Source of the DNA: Marsupella aquatica | Lineage: Eukaryota; Plantae; Marchantiophyta | Length of the DNA: 64,000 nt | Direction of reading: 5' to 3' | Assembly (NCBI GenBank): GCA_973895155.1 | Contig: OZ316898.1 | Span: forward strand, 7,365,079 to 7,429,078 | Shown: in pieces, positions 25,080 to 36,875 of the stretch | How positions within the stretch are numbered: the first letter of the stretch is position 1 | Layout: each line of letters begins with the position of its first letter | Notes under the pieces: model-generated | Databases searched by the model: none | What the model saw: the letters and a program-made list of their open reading frames with translations, nothing else | Told to the model about the DNA's origin: nothing | Translations under genes and position numbers: made by a program

Positions 25080-26442
25080 ATGAATCCAGCAGTCAAACTA
25101 AAACCAAAGGAGCTGTCTGTAACTGAGCCAGCATTTGTATTCTCAGATTTAGACTCAAATGTTGACTTAGCTCAGTGCACTCTAGCTCAGATCCAGACTT
25201 CTCTGTCAGTTGGCTCAGTTTAGTCCAGCAGTCAATCTAGACAGGAAGGAGTGGACTGGGTCTGAGCTTGACTTTAGCTCAGGTCCAGCCATCAATCTTG
25301 ATGGAAGGAGTGGTGTGGGTCTGATCAGGCTATTGCACAATCAGATTCAGACTCCATTGTTGACTTAGCTCTATCCAGCAGTCAGTTGCACCTGAAGGAG
25401 GGGTCTGGGTCTGAGGCAACTGCCCCTCTGTGGTAGGATCTGTGTAGAACTCTTTTAGACAGGACTTCAAATAACTAGGTGTGACAATCCTTCAGCAAAA
25501 GGTTTTGCAAAAGGAATTTTAGGAACAAGACATGGCTTTAAATGACAAGATGTGGCAGTCCTTCAACGAAAGCTTTTTTCAGAAGGAATTAGGAACTCTA
25601 ATCCGTTTTTGCATATGGTTTTCTAACATTCAAGTTGGCAAGCCTAACTGTTGCTCAATGCCTCCCCTTGCAACCATTGCATGCCCTTGCCTTGGGGTTA
25701 TTTTGCCCACTCCATGTTCTGCCGGTTGATCTCTTATGCACTGCCTGTCATGGACAAGGCACAGTTGTGGCATGAACCCTGCAGGAGCCTCACCCTCCCA
25801 GTGATCTTGGGGTTTGCACCAGACTTGGGTTTGGCTTAATTGTAAAGCATAGTGTAAACGTTAAGGACTCCAAAATGAAAAGTGTTACTTGATAGGACCT
25901 TTGAAGTTTTGGGTACATTGATTCAAGGTCTATCAAGTCAATCAATGGCCTGGATCACTCAAGAGTCCTATCAAGTAACACTTTTCATTTTGGGGTCCCA
26001 TAAATTAAAGCAAATACCTCTCACACCAGAACTTTGCAAAAAAAAAACAATAGTTGTCTTGCATGTAATTTGCCCTTAAATTTGTGGCCCTAAACTGATT
26101 GCCTGGCAGTGTATTACTTAAAGAAAACTTCGTGACAGGACAGCCTCCTCAGCCCAGCTCGAAGGCATGCTAAACAAAGATTGAAGGGAAAAGTCCTGAA
26201 ACTTTGGGCCTTTGACATCCCAACCTTTGAAAAATGAATAGGACAAGTGAACATGTTTTAGTTCAAATGTCACTAAAATGTGCCAGTTTCCGCATGACTC
26301 CCGACCTTTGGTAAAAACAATTAAAACAAAACCGCTTTGTCCCGGGTAGTAAAAGTTAGTTGAAGGGCCAAACCTTTCAACAGTGGGTTTCATGAAAGAC
26401 ACTACTGCACTACGGCACCACAATCCAGAGGGCCAATGTTGG
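25080..26442 (-). pseudogene. Decayed gene of unknown family, interrupted by the non-LTR element; paralogous to 58584-58877
   Basis: Minus-strand peptide WCRS...SGFVLIVF...KGPKF...HCQAISLGPQI*GQITCKTT aligns by eye with CRAY...CGFVLFAV...SGPQF...KCHGFSLGPEHKGLVTCKTA. Shared DNA words GTCTTGCATGT, GGCCCTAAACTGA, TAAAACAAAACCGC. Confidence 0.45.
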
Positions 26443-29400
26443 TGTCCCTCCGCTTTTCCCTCGGAGCGGAGGCGGAGCGGAGCGGAGCGGAGGAGGCGGA
26501 GCGGAGGAGGCGCTGTGCAGACCGGAGGCGGAGCGGCAGTCGCGCGGGCCAGGGTCGGGAGGTGCGGGGGAGCAAGTGAGTGGAGGGAGGGTCGGGCGAG
26601 CGAGGTCGAGCGCGGTGGGGGTGAGCCAGGTTGCGGGGGCTGGGTGCTGACGCACTGCGGGGGCTGACGCATGGCGGAGCCAGGGTACAGCGTGCGCAGG
26701 GGCCCTTTTATGGGGGGCCTCATTATGAGGGACCCCCTACCCCTCGGAGAGGGGCTCCTTCCGCCGGGGTGACCCTCGGATCCCCCCCCCCCCCTTTTCC
26801 CTCCTCTTCGGGATTTTCGTGTGGGTTGTTGGCCCCGAGCTTTTCATCCGTGGTTCTCCTCTTTCGGTGCTCCTCATTCTGCTGGCTTTGGCCCTTTGGG
26901 GGCTGTTTATCCGGGCCCCTCGGCTCTGTTTGGCGGGGAGGTTTTGGTGCTCGGGAGCCTTCTCGGTTGCTGGTTGGATTTCTGCTCCAGCCTGGTGATC
27001 GGCCCTGGCCTGGCCTGGGGTCCGGCGCTTTTTCTCCTGGCTCTGAGCCGGGGTTGGTTCGTGACCTGGGGGAGCACGTTGTGGCGTGGCTTCTTGGTGT
27101 TCTGTTCGGAGGGGGTGCCTCCGCGACAGCTTCCTTTGCGCGAGGCTGCGGCAGTCCTTTTAGGCGTGCGGTTGTTGTCACTACCGGGTCGAGGTTCTTT
27201 GCTTCGGTCATCCATCCTTTGCTTTTGTTTTTGTTGTCGCTTTCGTAATATTTTCTGTTTGTTTGTGTTGGACTTGCCTACTTTATATGTTTCTTCTTCA
27301 TCCCTGGTTTATATTTTCATTTTCACATGGAGCCTCTTCCCTTTCTGAGTTCCCCTTCCCCCACTCCGGGCCCACCGGCTTCTCCCTACTCCACTCCTCT
27401 TTCCGTTCGTTGCCCTCGTCCCTCCTCACCTCCCACTTCCCCTTCTGATCCCCGTGTCCAGTGCGATGCTTGTCATAGTTGGTACCGGCCGTCAGGTTTG
27501 ACGCGCCACCGTCGCTCCTGTCCTGCCCTTCGTGCTTCCTCCTCCACCTTGCCTCCACCCCCCGTCCTCCCCCCACCTCCATCTGGGCCCCCTCCCTCCT
27601 CTTGGGATTGGTTGGCTCACCTTGATGTCCTTGCTGCCCTCTATCCCGGTTTTCGGCATCCCCGTTTGTTTACTAGGATTCCCGTGCCCGTGCGGCCTCT
27701 CCTTCAGAGAGCCTTTCGTCTTCCCTTCGACCGCTTGGCTCGCGACCCCTCAGATGTTGGGGCTTGGTCCTTGCTCCTCCTGCTCCCTCATTGGGTGCTG
27801 GTCCTTCCTCCGCGGGGGGGCCGTCCGGGCATAGGGAGACCTTGGTCCGGTTGCAGCGGTTCCTTTCTGGGGATTGGGCTTCGCTTCATGAGGAGTATTA
27901 CCATAGGTTGTTAGCGTTGGCCTCTCGGACCTCTGAGCTCGTCGGGAGCCATCTGTCCCTCCAGGGCAGCGCCGGCTTCGCCAGTGCCTTCTTTTGGGGC
28001 AGGCGGGGGAGTTTTCTCGGGCCGCTCGCTCCTTGGTCCCCCTCTCCCCCTCTCCTCCATCAGCCGAGACAGTTCTTGCCTTACGGTCTCTTCATCCCCC
28101 GGCTGCATCCGAGGTTCCTTGTTTTCTCGGGAGCTTTACCCCTGAGACCGAGTTCTCCCTATCCCGTGAGGTATTTTCCTCTGTCTTCCTTCATCTACCC
28201 CGCCTATCCGCGGGCGGGATTTCTGGGATGAGGTTCAAGCACCTACGCGATTGCTTTTGTCCCGACGACTCGGCATCTGGTTTTTCTGAGTTGTTCCAGG
28301 TTTGTGCCCATGTCGCGGGGGGCCGTATTCCTCCCGTGGTCGCTCGGCTTTTGGGGGCCTGTCGGCTTCTGGCTATGGCCAAAGAGACTGGGGGTGTCAG
28401 GCCCTTGGCCATTGGGGAGGTCTTGTTTCGCTTGGTGAGCCGTTGTGTTTGTCTGCAAACTCGGGCTCCCTTTTCGTCACACTTTTTTCCTCACCAGTTT
28501 GGTGTGGCCACCCCTGGCGGCTGCGAGAGTGTGGTGCATGGCCTTCGTGCCATCTTGGATATCCACCCCGACTGGGCGGTTATTCAGGTGGATGTGGCTA
28601 ATGCATTCAACTCTGTATCCCGTCGGGTCATGTTTGAGGAGTTGCGGGCCGCTGGAGGGGAGATCGCATCCCTCATCCCCTTTGCCCGGGCCTTCTATGG
28701 GGCCCCGACCCCCCTGGTTTACCCTGACCATCTTGTTCCTGGGTCCTATGTGACCATCTCATCCGAGTCCGGGACTAGGCAGGGTGACCCCCTTGGTGGG
28801 GCGTTGTTTGCTATGGCGCACCTTCGTGCTATTCGTGCCTCTTCGGATGCCTTCCCGGGTTGCATGTTTCCTTCTGTTGCGGATGACACTCACATTGTTG
28901 CCCCGGTCTCGCTTGTTGGGGACGCCTATTCCCACTTTGTGAACCAGCTTACCCTTATTGGTCTTTCAGTCCAGCCTTGGAAGTGTGGGGTTTGGTCTCG
29001 TCTCCCCCTCCCCCACTCTTTCACCCCACCTCTTGGTATACCCATTCGGCTCGAGGGCATTAGAGTCCTTGGGGTGCCTTTCGGGGGAGCGGTCTTTGAG
29101 CAGGATTTTCTTCTTGCGGCCCTATCCCAGGACGTTTTGCATATTGACCAGTTGGCGTCCTTGGGAGATGCCCAGATCTCCTTTTTGATCTTGGTCCTTT
29201 GTTTTGTTCGGCGTCCTTCCTATCTTCTCCGGACAGTCCCTCCTACCGCGATGTTCCTGTCCTTACTCTCTTCATTTGACACCACTGTGATGAGAGTCTT
29301 TGGTCACCTCATTGGTCCGGGAGCCCTTGATGGAGAGGATGGTTCTTTTGCGGCTAGGCAGGCTGCGTTACCCCCATCGGGAGGGGGTATGGGGGTGGCC

Positions 29401-30643
29401 TCGGCAGTGGACACTGCCCCTTGTGCGTTTCTTGGTAGTTGGGCGCAGGTGGCCCCTGCCCTGGCCTCACGTTTCATTGTGGACCTTCGGCCTATCCTCT
29501 CTGACTCGGTCATGGGAGTGGAGAACGGAGCTCTCCCTTTTCAGGTCCAGCTTCGTCATGCACGGTCATTATTGCCAGAGGACTTGCAGAGCGTGGTCCC
29601 TGCTTTCGAGGGAATTGTTATGGACAGCCCGGATCGAGTCCAACAGGTGATTTCTGATCGCATGCACCGACACACCCTTTCCAGCATGCTTTCTGAGGCA
29701 CCCTCGGATTTGGTACGGGCTCGTCTTTTATCCGGTTCGGGCGCTGGTTGGGGGGCCTGGCTATCGGCGAGTCCTCTTTGGGCCCCCTTTCGTATGAGTT
29801 CCTTTATTTTTACCACATCCACGCGCCTTCGGTTGGGTCTTCCTCACCCTTGCCTCTTGGATCAGCCCACTTGCGTTTGTGGTGCGCCCCTTGATGGGCA
29901 AGGCATTCACATTCTCAGGTGCGGTCATGGTAGTGAGAGGACTGCGACACACGACGACATTCAGGACGTGGTGGCGGCCATTGCCCGTGATTCTGGTTAC
30001 CATGTCATGATGGAGCAGAGACATGTGTTACCTCCACGGGATGGGGTTTCTGATCGCCGTCGTGCAGATCTGGTATTCTCTCGCGCTGGTGTTCGTGCCC
30101 TTGGGGATGTCGTTGTTGCTGATCCGACTAGTGGGGCCAACGTGGCTTCGGCGGCTCATATACCTGGCCATGCCGCCGCGAGGGCAGCTCGGCTGAAGGA
30201 GGAGGCCTATGCTGTGCGGTACCCCGGGGACCTCTTCTACCCGTTTGCCGTGGAGGTCTTTGGGGCGCTACACCCATCCTTTGACCGTTTTCTTCGCTCT
30301 TGTGCAGTTCAGTACGTCGAGCGGAGGCCCTATCCCCCTGTGTCGGTCATCACTGCATTCTTTAGACAGAGGGTGTCTGTTGCGCTTCAGCGGGCACAGG
30401 CGTTCACTATTCTTCGTAGGGGGGAGACTGTTGGTCTTAGGGCCGCTAGTAGGATTCCTTTGCTTGACCCCCCCATGCAGTTCACACCGGAGCTTTACCA
30501 GGCTCTCCAATTTGCTGATAGGTAGGCGTTTGGGTTCCTGTCTTTGGGCTTGCTTTTCTTGGCCCCTTGGTGGTTTCCCCCCTTGATTGGGTCTTTTGCC
30601 TGTGGTATCATGTCTCCCGGTTAGGCACCCTCTATTTTTTGGC
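26443..30643 (+). mobile_element. Non-LTR retrotransposon of the RLE (restriction-like endonuclease) group, CRE-like
   Basis: Abruptly GC-rich block with a ~0.9-kb 5' UTR and one long ORF: N-terminal Zn finger, RT domain, CCHC finger and PD-(D/E)xK nuclease. Ends are approximate; no TSD found. Confidence 0.85.
27327..30525 (+). pseudogene. Single polyprotein ORF of the CRE-like element (~1066 aa reconstructed; two apparent 1-nt deletions near 27814-27820 and ~27934)
   Basis: ZnF CDACHSWYRPSGLTRHRRSC. RT motifs GVRPLAIGE, QFGV, QVDVANAFNSVSR, GTRQGDPLGGALF, SVADD, RVLGVPFG, GGMGV. Then RLRLGLP, CVCG...HILRC, RTATHD and RRADL...GDVVV...RLKEEAY. Confidence 0.85.
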
Positions 30644-30849
30644 AGTTTGATATACATCTTTGCTAAGTTCAGTGGAGTTTGATATACATCTTTGCTAAGT
30701 TCAGTGGTTGTTGATTTGGAATTTGAAGGTACTGATTGATTGGCAGGACGTCGGAGCTCAGCGAACATGGCCTGGCAATTCGTCATGGGCCTCACCATGG
30801 TAAGTCAAGTCAACTAGCAAAACTCCCGTTCTCCTTGTCATGGAAACAA

Positions 30850-31161
30850 TCGTTCAAGATCAACAGAAAGCAAGTGAACCGGAAATTGCTGGTGGTCACT
30901 ACTGTAACAACCCGAAATCTCGTTTTCATTTACGTAAAAGCAATCCTTCAAGACCAACCGAAAAGCAAGTGAACCGGGACTTGCTGGTGGTATGGGAACA
31001 CTACCGTAAGAACCCGAAATCTCGTTTTCCTTTACGTAGAAGCAATTCCTTCAAGACCAACAGATAGGAAGTGAACTGGGACTTGCTGGTGGTGGAAACC
31101 CAGATGGAAACGAATCCTTCAAGACCAACAGATAGCAAGTGAACCGGGACTTGCTGGTGGT
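30850..31161. repeat. Four copies of a ~47-bp hairpin-containing core with related spacers
   Basis: TCCTTCAAGACCAACAGATAGCAAGTGAACCGGGACTTGCTGGTGGT-like cores at ~30850, 30944, 31047, 31115. Internal inverted repeat AGCAAGT/ACTTGCT. Confidence 0.85.
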
Positions 31162-31189
31162 ATGGAAACATACTGTATGGGAGTACAGT

Positions 31190-32242
31190 CTAGGATCCAC
31201 CTTCTCGACCGGCGGTTCAAGATTTTGGGTGTAATTGCTGTAATTGTTGTCGAGCAGCTCGAGAACTAGTTCTTTCTCCAATAGCAAATCGAAATGTATT
31301 TCGATTTAGTCGAGCAGCATTGCAAACACGTGCCAAAACAAATGTGCCAATGTTAATTTCTTCAGCATAGTTACGTTCGGGATCAACCTTCTCCGCCTGG
31401 AGGTTCAATTTTTTGCGTAATTCTGTAGTCCTGGTCGAGAATACCTTCTTCAACAATAATTGACTATATTATATCCTGGGTTAGACGACTACATAAGCAG
31501 CCGAAACAAAATGGGTCCAGTTTTTCTAAGATATACATTTGCAAGTTAGAGTTCTTCGAGGAGCGATCTGCCTTGAAAGTTTGCGTGTAATTGCTACTAT
31601 TCTGGTCGAGCTTCCCTTCTTCAGCGAAAAATTGACATGTACTTCGTGGTTCCCTAGACACTAAATTGTGCAGAATGCCAAACACTGCCAAAACAAAACG
31701 TTCGAATGTTTCTTCAACGTACACTTGCAAGATTTATTCCAGGATCGATCGATCTGCTTAATGTGTGATTGCGGACGAGCTTCTTTTCTTCAACAACAAA
31801 TTGGCACAGAGTGCCCTAGACGTTTAGATTTCGCAGAATTCCAAACACTCCCAAAACAAAATGTTCGAGTGTTTCTTCGACATGCATCTGCAAGATTTCT
31901 TCCAGGATCGGATGGTCATCGAAGTGCTTCCATTCTTCAACAACCAAATGACATATATATATTTCCATATGTGCTTAAATTGCGCAGCAGTCCAAACACT
32001 GTCAAAATAAAACACTCGAGTGTTTCTCCAATATACATTTGCAAGATTTCTTCCAGGATCGATCGGCCCAACATGTAATCGCGCGCAAGCTTCCGTTCTT
32101 CAACAACAAAACAAGTTGACATGCATTTCATGGCCTAAATATATGCTTTAATTTGAGCAGCAATCCAAACACTGCCAAACCAATTTGTTCGACTGTTTCT
32201 TCGCCATTCATTAGCAACATTTCTTCCAGAACCGATCTGCCA
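31190..32242. repeat. About six diverged 150-185 bp tandem units
   Basis: Recurrent GGATC...TTCTTCAACAA...CCAAACACTGCCAAAAC...TGTTTCT...TTGCAAGATTTCTTCC at ~31193, 31380, 31560, 31741, 31904, 32055. Confidence 0.75.
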
Positions 32243-32410
32243 TTCAGTGATCAGGACTCTGGACTCAGGAGGGAAGTTGTTGAGTGATTTATCGATCTCT
32301 AGAGACGCTGTAGTCTAGTACTGATTCAATCTCTCTGTAGAGTAGTCTGAGAGAATCATGGAAATTGCTATTAACTGTCGACAATTCTGCGTCATTCTCG
32401 ACTCTGTATT

Positions 32411-32428
32411 GCCACGTGTCTGCGCGTG
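32411..32428. promoter_or_regulatory. Candidate ABRE/G-box plus adjacent CGCGTG coupling-element-like motif
   Basis: GCCACGTGTCTGCGCGTG; motif match only. Confidence 0.3.
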
Positions 32429-35019
32429 AAGCCGGCTCGTGCCGTTGCATTTTCCACATGCCCTTCACTGAGTGGTCCACCTTGGAACCTCTTTCTTTTT
32501 GTCTTGAACGATGGATTCTTCTGAGAGAAAGAGTCATTAGGTTTGAATCAATGGCGCAAATTATTTTTTTGACGAAAGACAGACATTTGTGGGGAAGGTG
32601 CTATCTAGGGAGAAAAAGGACTACAATCACTCCATGCAGCGTGCTATGACTACACTTTCACCCTAATTAGTGTAACACTAATTTGAGAACATACATTTTT
32701 AGGGTGTATTTGCAAGTGTTAGTCACACTAATTTACTAATTTGAGAAGATACATTTAGGATGCATTTGTGAGTGTTAGTCACACTAATTTTTTATGCTAA
32801 TAGTTTTTATGTACATGAATTAGTGTTACTGTGGTCTTAAGAATGGCAAAATAGAGAGGAAAATTATTTTGAAAAATACACAATAAGTAGTGTTACTTTG
32901 GACTAAAATCATCCATTTTTGACAAGCAATTTAAATTAAAGTGAAAAAAAATTGTTTTGAAAAGCAACAAAAATTAGTGTTATTTGGACTCAATCATTTT
33001 TACCAAAACTAATGTTAATAACACTAATTTTGCACTAACACTAATTCTTGCATAACACGAACTATTGTGAACAGTGTACTAGTTAGTTTGTTCATCACTA
33101 AGGGCAGGCATGGGATCCATGGGGATGCAATGGAGAGAGGGGGGCTGCAAATATTACTAGTTATATAGACATTGGGATGCATGGGAAAGAAGGGGTCCAA
33201 AAACTTTTTATCTGAAAAGTAACCTTCATGCCATGCAAAGGTACAGGTCAAGCGCTCGTTCATAATAAGGGGATTGGGTGGGACATAGAAGACAATCCAG
33301 ATAGATTCATGTCCACAAAACAAACTGACCTCATCAGTTAAGTGACTCAAAATCAAACTGTACGTGTTGTGCAAACAAATTATTTTACTAATGAATAGCA
33401 GTGACAAGCTAGAGTTGGAGTGTAGTTAGACTTCTAGAGTGAAGCCTCTAGATCATGACTCTAGGGCCCTACCAAAATTTATGTGGATGAAAATAATGAT
33501 AAAATCTTATGTATGTCAATACGATATCATGCATGATGATTTTTGTCATCATTTCTATTAACCCTTACAGAATGGACATTCAGGCTCATAGTTTTAGGCT
33601 CATAGTTCTACAGTAAATAGTTATGAAAAAATTATTATTTTAAGACCCATGCTCCGGCTTTGTTAGCACTGACCTCGTGCTTGGCTAGATGTTAGCAATG
33701 GACCCATACTTGCTCAATGACCAATGCTTGGCTAATTTTAGCATTTGGCCCATGTTGAACTAATCTTAGCATCTGATTTAAGCATGACTAACGTTTTAGG
33801 TGAGAATCCATTCTAAGAATATCGGTGATCACAATCCCATTCAGGCACATGATCTAGATTAATTTTTAAAAATCATCATCGAGACATTCTTTAAACGTGG
33901 GAAAGAAACTTGCAACACCTGTGATCATAGCCCATGTAGGCTTATGGCCAGTTCAAATTAAAAAATAAATTTCACTAAGACATTTGTCAAACTTGAGAAC
34001 CAGACATCCCCAGAGAATCCCGGTAATTGCTCATTAAAATATGACAGGTATATTTATAGTGTACAACATACCTCCATACCAAGGTAAACCTTGTTCTTAC
34101 ATTTCAAAATATGACACATATATATAACTAAAATGCACAACATCCCTCCATACCATATGATAAACCTTATTATTTTCTTGAAATCAATGATTGCACACCA
34201 TGTATTAATTACCAGGAGCGATCCCTAGATATAGAGGAAACATGGCGCATTTATTTTATCACCAAAATACTTCTCCATATATAGTACAAGAGTCTAGTGT
34301 GGTATGTACCCACAAGTGTGAAACGCACGGCAATGGGCTACTCTACAACTATAATACTGCATCCCGCCTCTTTTCGTCCTTCTTCCCTTTACGAAAATCA
34401 GAAATGGCAGGAAACAATCATGACCATCCATTGAATTGATTATTTATTTCCCACCATCAGATGCACACAAACCCATATCATCATCTCTTTTGTTTCACAA
34501 TAATAGGTATAGTAACACTAATAGGCCTAGTAGCATGTTTAAGGTACACCTGCCAAAAGTACATGCACATAGGACAAAAGACACCTTACACATGCCCACA
34601 GTACATGCACATGAGACTATTGTACTAGAAAGTACCATGAATGTGTGTTGTATTAGAATGTACAACCAATTATTATGCTCCCATAAAAATATAATGTTAT
34701 GCAATTGATGGGGAGAGTAGAAAGAAACTGCTCGGGAGCAAGAAAAGGGGAGGAGGGGAAATAAAAGAAAAACAAAAGAAATTAAAGATAAAAGTTAGGA
34801 TAGGAACAAATATTAGAATGTGGGAAAAGATGATAAAAGGAGAAAAAAATTAATTTAGTGTTTTTAAACTTCCCAAACATTTAAAAAATATACCTAAATA
34901 TTTATAAATATAGTGTCAAAATGATGAGATTTTCACACCCAATGTGACAAAATTCTCTATAGTTTTTAATCATGAATGTCTTACAAAATTTTCCATATAT
35001 AGTTTTAAGGTCTTACTTG

Positions 35020-35567
35020 GAAGCAAATCTCTTTCTCACATTGCCATCTTTATCTCACCTGAGCATCTTTTATCTACTCAACATCTTTTTCTTTACTCAA
35101 GGTCTTTTCTCACCTTGACATCTTTATCACATCACACCATCTTTTTCTCAGTGTTGAAATCTTTCTCATCTCGCCATCTTTTTCTCACCTTGATATCTTC
35201 ATCATATCTCAACATTTTTCCTTCACCCTTGCCATTTTTCTCTCTCCTTGACATCTTTTTTCAACTCAACGTCTTTAATTTCCTCATCTCGATATCTTTT
35301 CTCACCTCAACATCTTTTGTGTAACGCATAGAATCTTTTCTCTCCTTGATATCTTTTTCGCACCTTGATTTCTTTCCTTCACCTTGACATCTTTTGCTCT
35401 TATTAACATATTTTTTCATCTCGACATCCTTTCCTCACCTCAATATCTTTTGTGCAACGCACAGGCATGGGCTAGTTGAACAATAATAATGCATCAGCCA
35501 CACTCGTTCATTGTCCTGCCCTTTCCTCACCTCAATATCTTTTGTGCAATGCACAGGCATGGGCTAG
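35020..35567 (+). mobile_element. Helitron 3' region: subterminal ~19-bp minisatellite and duplicated hairpin-CTAG terminus (the AT-rich 32650-35020 block may be its body)
   Basis: TGTGCAACGCACA hairpin followed by GGCATGGG-CTAG|T ending at 35475 and again at 35567. Upstream TTTTCTCACCTTGACATC-type repeats. The 5' TC end was not located. Confidence 0.7.
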
Positions 35568-36875
35568 TTGAACAATAATAATGCATCAGCCACACTGGTT
35601 CATTGTCCTGCCCATAGCTCTCTCTCCCAGTCCCTCCGAGAGTCCGAGGTGACGGCGTTGACAGCCATAGGTATGAATGCGTCTTCTTGTGAAAGCAATC
35701 TACAAGACGAGACCAGAATCTGTCCACCCACTCACCTGACTTTGATGTGAATCCAATTGGCTCTGAAAAGAATAATCTGGAAACAGTCCAGAATCACCCA
35801 CTCGGTGACTTTCATATGCACCCAATTGGCGTGCAGGCTTTGTGCACCGTGGAGTGGGGCTACCAATCTGCGTGGCGGCCTTCAGAGACGGTAGCCGTAG
35901 CTAGTAAAACAAGCAAAGTAAAGAAAGAAGGAAAGGATGGATTATTATTAAATTGGAGGAATGAGCAAACAGCACTCACTCAGTAATGTGGGCAAATTCT
36001 CCTTTTGTGATATTGTTGCCCATGGATTGCTGATGAGCACCCTGTCGTGGAGCAGCAGAAGCAGCAGAACAAGATGGGGAAGAGGAGAATTTGAAGCAGC
36101 GTGTCGTGAGGGGAGAATGTGGCCAGTGCGTGTCAGGCCATGTGAGTACTATATGTAGGCTATGTAAGAGGAGTGGGCTCCTCCTGTCCTTTAAAAGCTG
36201 TTTCAGCTGGTGATGGATTGGGATACAAATCCGGAGTGCGAGTAGAGTTGATGAGCAGGGTTATCCAGATGCATGTGGTTGCAACTCTTCTACAATAGAG
36301 TAGTTGATGAGCTCCCAAAGGCCCACCGAATTTGGGCTTGTCTCGGCCGTTCTGCTTTCGGGAACAACCAATTTACCTGCTGTTACTGATGGAGGGTGTG
36401 AGATTCGTGCAGGGATGATTTGAGGTCAATTCCGCCAAGACAAGCGGAGAAATGTAAATTTTCCTCCCGTTCTGAAGCTCTGCAGAGTGAGGATTTTGGA
36501 CGAAGAAGCTAAGGTTGCCCCTGGGATTGCCATAGCTTGTGATCGGTAATGTGGGTAGAGACAAAATCTGTAGGACCACCAGTTTCCTTTTCGTCAGCAT
36601 CTGCAGCAAACTCTTCTATTTCCAGTACCCAGGTTTGTAGAAGCGTCTCGAATTTGCTACATTCTGTCTGTCCGTCCCAGACCTCGGACGCTTGTACAAT
36701 CAGACGATGATTAAAGTTGACTAACTCGATATTCATCATCTAATTTTAAAGAGCGAGAAGAGAAAGTGTGTGTGGGTGTGGGTGTGTGTGTGTGTGTAGC
36801 CGAAGGGAAGTGTAAATTGGTTTCCCTTAGAAAAGGAGATTGATTGTTCAAACGGCAGTCATAAGTCGATTCTCA

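Noticed and set aside
26118-27348. Several 100-200 aa ORFs as an ORF1 or extra genes
   Set aside because: Low-complexity products of the GC-rich, stop-poor 5' UTR, present on both strands.
30850-31161. CRISPR-like repeat-spacer array
   Set aside because: Spacers 1 and 2 are near copies of each other, spacer lengths vary widely, there are no cas genes, and the context is eukaryotic.
34944-35324. 126-aa hydrophobic ORF
   Set aside because: Translation of the pyrimidine-rich Helitron minisatellite.
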